Source of the DNA: an uncultured Methanosarcinales archaeon
Lineage (GTDB): Archaea > Nanobdellota > Nanobdellia > Woesearchaeales > WJKR01
NCBI GenBank assembly: GCA_964556395.1
Contig: CAZKVR010000001.1
Span: 106,996 to 170,995 of the forward strand
DNA length: 64,000 nucleotides
Direction: 5' to 3'
Notes under the pieces: generated by a model
What the model saw: only the letters and a program-made list of their open reading frames with translations
Told to the model about the DNA's origin: nothing
Database searches by the model: none
Shown: positions 29,247-38,021 of the stretch, one piece after another
Numbering within the stretch: position 1 is the stretch's first letter
How the letters are laid out: the number at the start of each line of letters is the position of its first letter
Made by a program: the position numbers and the translations under genes

Positions 29247-30308
29247 TCACTTAGTAGTGACGAAATCTACGCAGAACCTGTAGATGTGCGGCGCTTGCTG
29301 GCCGCACCGCACCGTCTCGCGGATGTCGCAGCCGACGCCGGCGGCCTCGCACGCCTCGCGGATCCAAGAATATGCGCTATCGACCTTGTCCTCGTGGAGA
29401 AAGGCGTAGAAATGTATCGTCGCCGTGTCGTTCGCAGCCTTCAAAGCCACGTCGAGGAAGGTCTCTGCCCCTTTGGGCAGGGGCATGAGGATGCGGTCGA
29501 AGCCGCCTTTCTCCGAGACCAGCGTCGGCACGACCTCTCGGGCGTCCCCGACGTGCGTCGTGGCGTTGGAGAGCTTGTTCCGCTGGATGTTCTTGAGGGC
29601 GAGCTCGTGGCCACGCGGGTTGATCTCCACCCCGACGACCTCCGACGCATCGGTGTTCTTGCCCAGGACGCAAGTGTAGGGTCCGCAGCCCGAGAACATG
29701 ACGAGCACCCGCTCGTCCGGCTTCACGAGTCCCATGATGCGTTTCCGCTCGGTCGACAGCCTCACGGAGAAGTAGACATCCTCGACATCGACCTCGAGCG
29801 TGACGCCGTTCTCCTTGTGGAGCGTCACCCGCTTGTCCTCGCCCGCCAGCAACCGCATCTTCTGCGTCCGGTACGTACCCTCATGACTGGCGTCCTTGGC
29901 CAGCGCCGTGGACACGCGAGGGTTGGTCTCGAGCAGAGTCGCACCTATAACCTTGTCGTATTGTTTCAGGTCCTCATCGACTTCCAGGATGGCGATGTCG
30001 CCCACCTGGTCGTACGCCGTCTTGAGCCTTTCCAGGACGTCCGAGGGCAGCTTGCCTTGCAGGGCTTCGCGGAGGCTCTTGGGCCGTTCCTGCTGTCCCG
30101 GCAGGTCGCGCTCCTCGAACTCATAGGACGTGTCGAACCGTTCCTTGACCGGCAGGTAGAGGTGGCCGTCCTCCTTGACCGCCTTGTAGCCCGGCAGGAA
30201 GAGCCCTCGTTCTACGAGGTCTTTCCGGGCCTGTTCTGCGTCCTTCAAAGGCACCTTGAGCGCGAGCATGGGCGTCGTGAGCCAACGGGCGTTTTTAAGG
30301 TTATCCAT
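29247..30308 (-). CDS. trm5: tRNA (guanine37-N1)-methyltransferase Trm5
   Basis: VYFSVRLSTERKRI, MFSGCGPYT and LMPLPKGAETFLDVAL align with M. jannaschii Trm5. The start is placed at MDNLKN. Confidence 0.9.
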   Translation of the reverse strand: MDNLKNARWLTTPMLALKVPLKDAEQARKDLVERGLFLPGYKAVKEDGHLYLPVKERFDTSYEFEERDLPGQQERPKSLREALQGKLPSDVLERLKTAYDQVGDIAILEVDEDLKQYDKVIGATLLETNPRVSTALAKDASHEGTYRTQKMRLLAGEDKRVTLHKENGVTLEVDVEDVYFSVRLSTERKRIMGLVKPDERVLVMFSGCGPYTCVLGKNTDASEVVGVEINPRGHELALKNIQRNKLSNATTHVGDAREVVPTLVSEKGGFDRILMPLPKGAETFLDVALKAANDTATIHFYAFLHEDKVDSAYSWIREACEAAGVGCDIRETVRCGQQAPHIYRFCVDFVTTK

Positions 30309-30349
30309 AATTAGTTTCAATAAAGAAAAGAAAAGAGTCTGAAAAATCA

Positions 30350-30368
30350 GAGAACGCCTGCTGCTCGA
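30350..30368. repeat. 19-bp direct repeat copy 1 (GAGAACGCCTGCTGCTCGA)
   Basis: It is identical to copy 2 at 31960..31978. Both lie about 45 nt upstream of minus-strand ATGs. Confidence 0.8.
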
Positions 30369-30500
30369 ACACACGAAAGCATAACGGGCTCTCCGGAAAA
30401 ACTAGTGGACCCGTTGACACAAGGCATATATTCATCCGGACATATCTCCAAATAAGGAAAGGAACACAACAGTTATATACCTGCTATAACTACCTATAAG

Positions 30501-30737
30501 GTGATGAAGACTACAATCCAGCTCGACAAGCAGACCATCAGTCGCCTGCAGGAGCACAAGCTCTATCCGAGGGAGCCATACGACGCCATCGTCAACCGGC
30601 TCATTGACGAAGCAGAGGATGACGAAGAACTCACCCCTGATGAGATCAAGGATATCGAGGTTGCCCTGGAGCAGGTGAAGCAGGGTAAGACTATCAGAAT
30701 CGAGGACCTCGCGAAGGAGTTGGGTGTGAAGCTCTGA
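30501..30737 (+). CDS. RHH-type antitoxin (type II TA)
   Basis: An N-terminal beta-strand TTIQLDKQT is present. The stop overlaps the start of the RelE gene. Confidence 0.7.
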   Translation: MMKTTIQLDKQTISRLQEHKLYPREPYDAIVNRLIDEAEDDEELTPDEIKDIEVALEQVKQGKTIRIEDLAKELGVKL

Positions 30738-30988
30738 TGTACGCTCTCGAATTCTCGGATGAGGCCGCGAAGACTATCAGGAAACTACCCAGGAACGAGC
30801 GCGACCGCATCCTCAAGAAGATACAGAGCATCCGCGACTACCCCTTCGCGCATCTCAAGAAGCTGGAAGGCAATACGTTCTGGCGCCTCCATATCGGCAA
30901 GTACCGCGCCATCGTGGATGTCATCGTGTCCGGCAGGCGCATCATCGTCCTCAGGATCGGGAAGCGTGGCGATGTCTACGACCGCTGA
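30737..30988 (+). CDS. relE: RelE/ParE-family toxin
   Basis: The protein is about 83 aa and contains ...FWRLHIGKYRAIVDVI...RIGKRGDVY. Confidence 0.8.
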   Translation: MYALEFSDEAAKTIRKLPRNERDRILKKIQSIRDYPFAHLKKLEGNTFWRLHIGKYRAIVDVIVSGRRIIVLRIGKRGDVYDR

Positions 30989-31017
30989 GAACCCAACCTA
31001 CAAGAGCAGCAGCTCTT

Positions 31018-31917
31018 CTACACGACGACGAGCACGACACCCACGAGCATGACGCAGCACGCCATGAGCTTCAATCCCAGCCGGTGCTCGTGGAACAACC
31101 GACCCCCTATCAAGGAGGTGAAGAACGTCGACAAGCGCCTGACAGGGATTATGAGGCTGACCAGCGCTCCGGGAACACCCATGGCGAAGAGCAGAGCCAC
31201 GTCGGACATGAAGCTGGAGAATGTGCTGCTGAATATCTGCATCCCATCCTGCCTGATATCCCTGAGAATCTCGTTGAAGCCATGCTTGGCAGTCTCGAAC
31301 GCCACATAGTTGAAGCCCATGAAGAGCCTCACGAGGACGACGATAGTGAACACGTCGATACCCCAGTTCACCACAGCCTTCTGCATAGTGACTGTAAAGC
31401 TGAAGATGAGCATGGCGAATATCATGTACAGGGCGTACCGCGACCTCGCCAGGATTCTGAACGGCGACCAGATGCCATTGTACCGGCCAGCCGTAGCCAT
31501 CTGGAGAAGGTATGTCCCCATGACGAGGAGGAACACGCCGATGATAGCGAGGGCGTCGGGCGACTCTCCCAGCAGGACGAACGCTATGACGAGGAGGAAT
31601 AACGGACTGATATTCATCAACGGCATGCAACTGGACAGTTCGGAGTGACGCAGGCTCCTCAAATAGTAGAGGTTGCCGGCCGCGAGGATGATACTGATCA
31701 CGTACAACGCTACGAAGACGCGCCAGTCGTATGCTAGGTTGATGAACGGCAGGACGAATATGAGCAACAAGAGGTATATCCCTTGGGACGCGCCGTATTC
31801 GAGGGCGTGCTCGTGCTGGAGCACTTTCTTCCCGACGATGCTTGCCATGGCGTGGAAGACGGCCGATGCGAATGCGTAGGCTACCCAGAGCATGAGCCCT
31901 TCACCGCAACCATTCAT
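31018..31917 (-). CDS. EamA/DMT-family transporter
   Basis: Ten TM helices are predicted. An EamA-like motif SPLFLLVIAFVLLGESP is present. Confidence 0.7.
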   Translation of the reverse strand: MNGCGEGLMLWVAYAFASAVFHAMASIVGKKVLQHEHALEYGASQGIYLLLLIFVLPFINLAYDWRVFVALYVISIILAAGNLYYLRSLRHSELSSCMPLMNISPLFLLVIAFVLLGESPDALAIIGVFLLVMGTYLLQMATAGRYNGIWSPFRILARSRYALYMIFAMLIFSFTVTMQKAVVNWGIDVFTIVVLVRLFMGFNYVAFETAKHGFNEILRDIRQDGMQIFSSTFSSFMSDVALLFAMGVPGALVSLIIPVRRLSTFFTSLIGGRLFHEHRLGLKLMACCVMLVGVVLVVV

Positions 31918-31959
31918 TTATAAACGTTACTGTCACTCCAGATAATGACAGGATGCCGC

Positions 31960-31978
31960 GAGAACGCCTGCTGCTCGA
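31960..31978. repeat. 19-bp direct repeat copy 2. Includes the palindrome CTGCTCGAGCAG
   Basis: See copy 1. Confidence 0.8.
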
Positions 31979-31991
31979 GCAGAAGCCCTTT

Positions 31992-33023
31992 TCAGAAATA
32001 ATCGCCGAGTCCTTTCTGGGCTCGTTCCTGGCCGTGCTTGGCGAGCTGCTCCACCGTTTTCTGGACGCGTTCGGGCGAGAAGTCGTGGCGTTCCACCAGG
32101 ATCTCGTGCAGCGCGTCGCCATCCACCCCTTTCCATTGCAGGTCGTACTCGTCCGTGACTGGCATCTGCTTGAACAGGGCGAAGGCTTCCTGCCATGAGG
32201 ATTGGAACTCTTCTCGCCAGTTGACGTCTGCGAACACCTTGCCGACGTCTTCCTGGGCTTTGACGAGCTTGAGGCCTTTCTTCGGCCCTATCCCTTTGAT
32301 GCCGCCGACGTTGAAGTCCGTGCCTATCAGCAATCCTAGGGCTATGAGCTGGTCCCTTGTGATCTCTAGCTTCTGCAGCACGTCCTGGAGTGTTATGAGT
32401 TCGGGCTTGATGCCTTCGGTGGCGTAGGCGCCTTTCTTCTTGCGCCGGGCGGTGATGCTGAGGTTCTTCACCATCCGCGGGGTTCCGAACAGGAGGCAGT
32501 CGTAGTCTTGGCTGATGAGCGCCCACGCGTCGCCCTTGTAGACCATGTGGGCTGCTTGTGCCTCTCCTTCAGAGGGTGCTTGGATGGTCGGGATGCCTAA
32601 TGCTGTGAGGAGCTCTTTCGCCTCGTCCACCATGTCTCTCGTCAGCCTCGAGGTGCGGCCGGCGTATTTCTTCATGCCTTCTACATCCTCGGCTTCCTTG
32701 GCGGCGTCGTATGATGCTTGGGCGTCCTGCTTGAGCTTCTGCCGCCGCTCCTGCTCTTTCCGTTTGAGCTCTGGGGCTTTGCCGTCGAAGACGAAGACGA
32801 GCCTGAGGCCTTCTCGCATGAGTTTGGTGGTCCTTGAGAAGAGGCCTACGAGGTGGCTGGTGACGTTGCCGTGCTTGTCCGAGAGCGGCGCGCCGTCCGG
32901 GCCTCGGATGGTGGTGAGGAACTGGTAGAGGACGTTGTACGCGTCGACGACGAAGGTCTTGCCTGACAGGTCTGCCAGGCTGACCGGTTCTCCTTTGACG
33001 AGTTCTGAGAGCGAGACGCCCAT
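31992..33023 (-). CDS. fen1: Flap endonuclease 1
   Basis: The N-terminus is MGVSLSELV...VDAYNVLYQFLTTIR. A PCNA-interacting C-terminus is present. Confidence 0.95.
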   Translation of the reverse strand: MGVSLSELVKGEPVSLADLSGKTFVVDAYNVLYQFLTTIRGPDGAPLSDKHGNVTSHLVGLFSRTTKLMREGLRLVFVFDGKAPELKRKEQERRQKLKQDAQASYDAAKEAEDVEGMKKYAGRTSRLTRDMVDEAKELLTALGIPTIQAPSEGEAQAAHMVYKGDAWALISQDYDCLLFGTPRMVKNLSITARRKKKGAYATEGIKPELITLQDVLQKLEITRDQLIALGLLIGTDFNVGGIKGIGPKKGLKLVKAQEDVGKVFADVNWREEFQSSWQEAFALFKQMPVTDEYDLQWKGVDGDALHEILVERHDFSPERVQKTVEQLAKHGQERAQKGLGDYF

Positions 33024-33149
33024 GGCGGTGGTGAGAATATGGTTCTTCTTAAGGGTTTGGATGGTGGTTCTCTAGAAAACCAGTTGAATATTAAAAAAAC
33101 CAATTGGTTTCCAAAAAGTTTATATAGTTTCGAACGAAACCAAAAGAAT

Positions 33150-33722
33150 ATGGAAGGAGTCAATAAGGAAAGCTATGAAGAAGAGGACGCTTATACGAAG
33201 GTGTTGTACTGGTTCTTCGCCCACCCCACCATTGAAGTCAGCCTCAACGACCTCGTCGAGGCGGTGAACATCTCCAAGACCTCGGCGAACAAGGCCGTGC
33301 ACAGGCTCGTGGATGAAGGATTCCTTCGCCTCAAGCAGCTGGGACGGCTGTGGCGCATCACTTGTAACCAAGAGCACGAGTACAACATCACCAGGAAAGT
33401 CCCGTTCAACCTCCAGACAGTCTACCAGGCAGGCATCCTCGAAGAGATTCGCAAGCGCATCCCGAACCCCCGCGCAGTCGTGCTCTTCGGCAGTTATCGC
33501 AAGGGCGACGACACGGAGGAGAGCGACATCGACATCGCAGTGGAAGTGATGGATGACAAGGATTACAGGATAGTGGAATTAGGGGTCCTCACGACCTTAG
33601 GTTTCCGCGAGCACGTGCCCGTCAACCTGCACGTATTCTCACGCAACCATGTGGACCTCAACCTGTTCGCCAACATCGCCAACGGCATCGTCCTTGAAGG
33701 GTTCCTGGAGGTGCGACCATGA
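33150..33722 (+). CDS. MNT-type nucleotidyltransferase with N-terminal wHTH (antitoxin of a HEPN/MNT pair)
   Basis: The GS...DxD motif reads VVLFGSYRKGDDTEESDIDIAV. A TATA box TTTATATAG lies 24 nt upstream of the ATG. Confidence 0.75.
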   Translation: MEGVNKESYEEEDAYTKVLYWFFAHPTIEVSLNDLVEAVNISKTSANKAVHRLVDEGFLRLKQLGRLWRITCNQEHEYNITRKVPFNLQTVYQAGILEEIRKRIPNPRAVVLFGSYRKGDDTEESDIDIAVEVMDDKDYRIVELGVLTTLGFREHVPVNLHVFSRNHVDLNLFANIANGIVLEGFLEVRP

Positions 33723-34105
33723 GGAGGAAACGTCCCGATATCAAGAACGCCGACAGCCTGCTGGAGGCCAGCAAGAACACCCTGAGGTTCACCATGAAGC
33801 TGGAGGTGTCGGAGGAGTCGGCCGACACTATCATCAGGAACGTGCACGAGGCGTTCCGGATGCTCGGCGAGGCATTGCTTCTCAAGCAAGGAGGGGTCGC
33901 CGTCGATCACACCCAGCCGATCGAGGCCCTCATCCGCACGAACGTCCAAACAGAGAGGCCCTTGTCGGTGTTGACGACCATCAGGAAGACGAGGCATTCC
34001 ATCAATTACTACGGCTACCGGCCGACGGTGGCGGAAGCGCGGGATGCGGTGTCTGTGGCCGAGGCTTGTTTCGACAAGCTGGCAGAACATGTCAAGAGCC
34101 TATAG
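33719..34105 (+). CDS. HEPN-domain protein (putative toxin partner)
   Basis: The protein is all-alpha and about 128 aa. It contains an RKTRHSINY Rx(n)H-like motif and overlaps MNT by 4 nt. Confidence 0.55.
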   Translation: MRRKRPDIKNADSLLEASKNTLRFTMKLEVSEESADTIIRNVHEAFRMLGEALLLKQGGVAVDHTQPIEALIRTNVQTERPLSVLTTIRKTRHSINYYGYRPTVAEARDAVSVAEACFDKLAEHVKSL

Positions 34106-35148
34106 CTGTACCAACAATAATCCTTTGAATTCGTGGTTGAGCTTCTCCTTCGCTTTCTTCGTCACGTCGCCTGTCGTGAGGTAGATGACCGGTAGCTTCT
34201 TCATCTGTCCTTGGACGTACGCGTTGGAGAGGTCGCCGTCGTTGCTCTTCTTCTTGTTCTTCGCCTTGCAGAAATAGGTGACGCGACCGACGGCTGTCGG
34301 TACTGAGATCTCGAATTCGATGTCCGAGTTCTTGCGCTGGACCTCTTTGGCGATGACCTGGATTCGCTTCTCGGCGAAGTATTCCAGGACTTGTTTGAGG
34401 AAGTCGTCGCCGGTGTCGTCCTGTTGCTTGAGGAGTGTCTTTGCGGGCACCGCTTCGGGCGTTCCGGAGGGTTCTTCCGACCCACTCTCTTCTTGCATCT
34501 CAGGCTCTGCTGCTTTTGTATGCTCGTGTTTCACGGCTTCTGACTGTTCTTGCGTTGCTGGTTTCGGGGCTTGTCTCGTGGATTTTTGTGGCGCTTGCTC
34601 AGGAGATTGCCGGGCGTCTTGCGAGGGTTCTGTCGGTGACGCTTCCTTGGACTGTTCTTCCTGGATTGGTGCTGGTTGTTCTGCTGGCTTGGTCTGCTTG
34701 GGCGTGATGCCTAATGCCTGTTTGATGAGCGGCTCCGCCTCTTTCGTCTGGAGCTGGTACCATTTCCAGAACAGGACGGTGCCGTCTTTCGTCTTGACTT
34801 CCAGTGGTACGGCGAAGTCTTTGACCTGTCGGAGGCTGACCCTGGCGAGGGGTTCTTGCTCGTCGTCTTTGAGTATCTGTTTCTGCTTGAGGAGTTCTGC
34901 CGTCCGCCTGTCCTTCTCGCCGAGGTATTGTATGAGTTTGGTCAGCTTGTCGGCGTGTTCCGGGATGTAGTAGAAAGGCCCTCCGCGTTTGGTGTTGCTC
35001 ACCTTGACCTTCCCTGCGCCTTTGAGCTCTGACAGGACGGCGCCGATGGTGAACGAGTCGCCTTCGCCGAGGGCTTTCCTGATGTGGAGGGGTTGGCACG
35101 GGCCTTTCTGTCGGAGGACTTGCAGGACGGCGTCTCTGTTGAGCATGT
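34100..35148 (-). CDS. wHTH + PD-(D/E)xK nuclease-like protein with a low-complexity linker
   Basis: The start is placed at MLNRDAVLQVLRQKG. The C-terminus has a SDIEFEISV...CKAK restriction-endonuclease-like motif. Confidence 0.5.
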
Positions 35149-35201
35149 TTTCTTCGAGGTGTCGGTGATTTATAATCCTGTTGCTTGCCACATAGATAAT
35201 T

Positions 35202-35222
35202 TCTATAGTGAAAATAATCTGT
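35202..35222 (-). promoter_or_regulatory. Conserved promoter-like motif, copy C (TCTATAGTGAAAATAATCTGT on the plus strand)
   Basis: It lies about 55 nt upstream of minus-strand gene 34100..35148, in the divergent region shared with the sigma-factor gene. Confidence 0.45.
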
Positions 35223-35263
35223 AAAACAAAAATAGTCTTATAGTACACTACTATCGCGTCAAT

Positions 35264-35851
35264 ATGGCAGGAGACAGGCTCATCCACGAGGAATTCATAC
35301 AGGCCAAGACAGACCCCCTCATGAGAGAGGCAGTGATGGGCAAGGTGTGGACGAAAGCATACCACATCGCGTCGAGATACACCCGCTCATCAGCAGAGGC
35401 GGAGGACATCGCCCAGGAAGCCTCGTTGAATGTCCACAAGAACTTCCACGTCTACGGCAGCAAGAGGCAGAACAACCCATACGCATGGGTGCACACCATC
35501 ACCACGAACATCTGCGTAAATCACTACCGGAGGCGGCCGAAAACCCCCATCATAAGCCTCGACGAGGAGGAAAGGGCAGAGGGCCATACCAGGATGAAGA
35601 GGGATGTCCCGGACGAGCGCAACAACATCGAGGACTACCTCAACCTCAAGGAGTGCGAGGAGGTGTTGGCCAGCCTGCCTGAAAAGAAAGGGAAGGCCTA
35701 CCTGTTGTCCTATCTCGAAGGATACAAGTACGACGAGATCGCAGCGATCACCAAGGAGCGGATGGGCACCGTGAAAAGCAGCATCCATAGGATGAGAGAA
35801 CGGGCGAAAGAGCTGTTCCAGGAACGCGCTCCCGTCTACATCAGGAAGTGA
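35264..35851 (+). CDS. ECF-type RNA polymerase sigma-70 factor (regions 2 and 4)
   Basis: Region 2 reads AEDIAQEASLNVHKNF...YAWVHTITTNICVNHYRRRP. Region 4 reads LPEKKGKAYLLSYLEGYKYDEIAAITKERMGTVKSSIHRMRERAKEL. Confidence 0.8.
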   Translation: MAGDRLIHEEFIQAKTDPLMREAVMGKVWTKAYHIASRYTRSSAEAEDIAQEASLNVHKNFHVYGSKRQNNPYAWVHTITTNICVNHYRRRPKTPIISLDEEERAEGHTRMKRDVPDERNNIEDYLNLKECEEVLASLPEKKGKAYLLSYLEGYKYDEIAAITKERMGTVKSSIHRMRERAKELFQERAPVYIRK

Positions 35852-35856
35852 ACCAC

Positions 35857-36564
35857 ATGCAGGCAGTCATCATCAGCGGAGGGTTGGGGACGCGGTTGAA
35901 GCCCCTGACAGATACCATTCCGAAAGGCCTCGTCGAAGTGCAGGGGCGGCCGTTGTTGGAGCACGTCCTCGACCTGCTCAAGGAAGCCGGTGTGGACGAC
36001 GTCATCATTTCCATCGGCTATCTCGGCGATAGGATAAAAGAGCATTTCCAGGACGGGAACAGCCATGGCGTCCGCATCAGGTACGTGGAGGAGGATAAGC
36101 CCCTAGGGACGGGTGGCTGGCTCCACAAAGCAAGAGGGATGCTGTCAGGCGATTTCCTCGTCGTCAACGGCGACAACCTCTTCGCCTTGGACCTCCACGA
36201 GATGCTGCGGTTCCACCGGGAGCGGGGAGCGACGGCGACGATAGGCCTCACCAGGGTGAGCGACCCGTCGTCGTTCGGCATCGCTGCGATGGACGGCGAC
36301 CGTATCGCGAGGTTCGTGGAGAAGCCTTCGCGAGAAGACGCTCCTTCTGACTTGGCGAACGGCGGCTACTACGTCTTCAACGAATCGGTTTTCGGCATGA
36401 TACCGTCGCGAGAGCGTTTCATGCTCGAGCAGGACGTCTTCCCAGCACTTGCGGGAAAAGGTAGGTTGTTCGGCTTCCCCTCAGGTGCGCAGTGGTTCGA
36501 CACCGGCACGTTCGAACGCCTCCAAGAAGTGGAATCCTTCTGGCGGAAAGGCAGCAACGTTTAA
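35857..36564 (+). CDS. Sugar-phosphate nucleotidyltransferase
   Basis: The N-terminus is MQAVIISGGLGTRLKPLT. A GTGGW motif is present. Confidence 0.8.
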   Translation: MQAVIISGGLGTRLKPLTDTIPKGLVEVQGRPLLEHVLDLLKEAGVDDVIISIGYLGDRIKEHFQDGNSHGVRIRYVEEDKPLGTGGWLHKARGMLSGDFLVVNGDNLFALDLHEMLRFHRERGATATIGLTRVSDPSSFGIAAMDGDRIARFVEKPSREDAPSDLANGGYYVFNESVFGMIPSRERFMLEQDVFPALAGKGRLFGFPSGAQWFDTGTFERLQEVESFWRKGSNV

Positions 36565-36594
36565 AAAGGGAAGGGTGTTGGGTTTCCTCAAGCC

Positions 36595-37275
36595 ATGATA
36601 CAGCAACGACACGTTGACGAGTGCAAGCGACAGCTCATAAGGGCGGGCTGGGCGTGTGACATCGACAACACCGTCTCCGCCACGGCTGAAGCGTTCTTCG
36701 ACCGCATGGATGGGCTGTTCCCCCGCCCTGAAGGGGATGAGGGCCTCTCCGTGAGTGAGCTCGTGCGGAAATATGTGAGCGATGACCAAGTACCGACTTG
36801 GCAGACACCTGAGGCCCGTGCCGCCAGCAAGGCTATCATCTCAGACCCCGAGTTCTATCGGGAACTGCCTCCCATAGCGGGTTCTGATACGGTCTTGAGG
36901 AGGTTCACGGAAGCCTTGCCTTTCACGTGTTTCATCACCGCCCGTCCTAATGTGGTGGCTGATGAGACGAGGGCTTGGCTGGAGAGCCGCTTCCCCACCC
37001 TGCCGCTCATCACCAAGCCTGACAGCGTGGATCCTTCTCGGAACAATGAGTGGAAGGCTCGGCTGCTGGAAGCGTTGTATCCGCAGGTGCGAGGTATCGT
37101 CGACGACGATCCGCGCCTGGTAGAGCATCTCTCGCCTGGTTATGGGGGGACGGTCATCATCTTCGGCGCGTCAAGTGTGGAGCACGATCACGTCGAGGCT
37201 TATGCTTGCTTGACGTGGAAGGATGTGGAGAGGAAGCTGGAGGAGCTGGCGAGTCTCAAGGCCGCATCCATTTGA
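36595..37275 (+). CDS. HAD-superfamily hydrolase
   Basis: A DxDxT motif (CDIDNTV) and a downstream DDD motif are present. Confidence 0.55.
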   Translation: MIQQRHVDECKRQLIRAGWACDIDNTVSATAEAFFDRMDGLFPRPEGDEGLSVSELVRKYVSDDQVPTWQTPEARAASKAIISDPEFYRELPPIAGSDTVLRRFTEALPFTCFITARPNVVADETRAWLESRFPTLPLITKPDSVDPSRNNEWKARLLEALYPQVRGIVDDDPRLVEHLSPGYGGTVIIFGASSVEHDHVEAYACLTWKDVERKLEELASLKAASI

Positions 37276-37909
37276 TCTCCCAGTACGACACGTCGCCTTC
37301 GTCGTCGACGACGCCGATGAGCAGCCTTTTCTTCGTCGAGTGGGCCACGCGGTTCTTGGCTGCGAACTCGTACCATGTCAGCGTCGAGCCTTCGTGGACG
37401 GGGTAGACAACCCATCTTGCGTGGTCTTCGCCTGGCTTGACGCCGCGGTCGTACACGCGGAAGTCGGCTCCGAACTTCAGGGCTGTCTTGACGATGTAGC
37501 CTCTGTTCCTGAGGTCTTTGAAGACGGAGTAGCGTATCCAGAACTGCGGTTCGATGCGTTTGGCCTTGCGGAGGAATTGCTGGAAGTCGAGGGTCTTGCC
37601 GTGGTAGTCTTTCACGTGGAGGCGTCCTTTCTCGAGGAGGTAGAGGGCTTCGTGGAGGCTGAGCTGGACCTTGCCGTCTTCCAGCATGACGCCGTAGCGG
37701 CTCTGCGCGTAGAGGTCTCGCGCCGCGTCGGTGTTCTCGGTGATGACTCGTTCCTTGGCGAAGATGGCGTTGACCTTGACCTTCTTGCGGCCGTTGCTCA
37801 CGGCTTTGGGGATGATGCCTTTGAAGTCTTCCTCGTGGTTGAGCGGGTCTTCGAAGGTGAACTCGTCCTCGTGGAGGTGGATGCCGCTCTCGTCCTTCTT
37901 CTTGGCCAT
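37256..37909 (-). CDS. endA: tRNA-splicing endonuclease
   Basis: The protein carries GADFRVY, HARWVV and AHSTKKRLLIGVVDD. Confidence 0.85.
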   Translation of the reverse strand: MAKKKDESGIHLHEDEFTFEDPLNHEEDFKGIIPKAVSNGRKKVKVNAIFAKERVITENTDAARDLYAQSRYGVMLEDGKVQLSLHEALYLLEKGRLHVKDYHGKTLDFQQFLRKAKRIEPQFWIRYSVFKDLRNRGYIVKTALKFGADFRVYDRGVKPGEDHARWVVYPVHEGSTLTWYEFAAKNRVAHSTKKRLLIGVVDDEGDVSYWEIKWMRP

Positions 37910-37958
37910 GGCTGTGGAGAGGAGAGGGTGCTTTATAAATATTTGGCAGAATATATTA

Positions 37959-37980
37959 CTATATAGAAAATAATTTGTGT
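37959..37980 (-). promoter_or_regulatory. Conserved promoter-like motif, copy B (CTATATAGAAAATAATTTGTGT on the plus strand)
   Basis: It lies about 45 nt upstream of the endA ATG. It matches copy A at 21 of 22 positions. Confidence 0.5.
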
Positions 37981-38009
37981 AAAAAAAAGGCTGCGGAGAT
38001 GCAGCCTTT
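37981..38009 (-). terminator. Hairpin AAGGCTGC-GGAGAT-GCAGCCTT plus T-run (minus), 3' of gene 38022..38912
   Basis: An 8-bp stem is followed by 8 T on the minus strand. Confidence 0.6.
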
Positions 38010-38021
38010 GATTTGCAGAGT

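Noticed and set aside
29286-30314. 342-aa plus-strand ORF antisense to trm5, plus many similar long antisense or alternate-frame ORFs (26611..27039, 27079..27669, 28284..29027, 31933..32526, 33563..34090, 34278..34970, 37223..37966, 42148..42756, 46983..47888, 49754..50953, 51588..52550, 52946..53533)
   Set aside because: Each overlaps a gene with clear homology on the other strand or frame. Their translations are low-complexity (R/P/A/G-rich) with no motifs. Stop-free antisense frames are expected in this GC range.
34100-35365. N-terminal 73-aa extension of the wHTH-nuclease ORF (MVCFRPHLAHHC...)
   Set aside because: The extension would run through the divergent promoter region and the conserved motif copy C. 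The start at MLNRDAVLQ at 35148 leaves a sensible upstream promoter distance.
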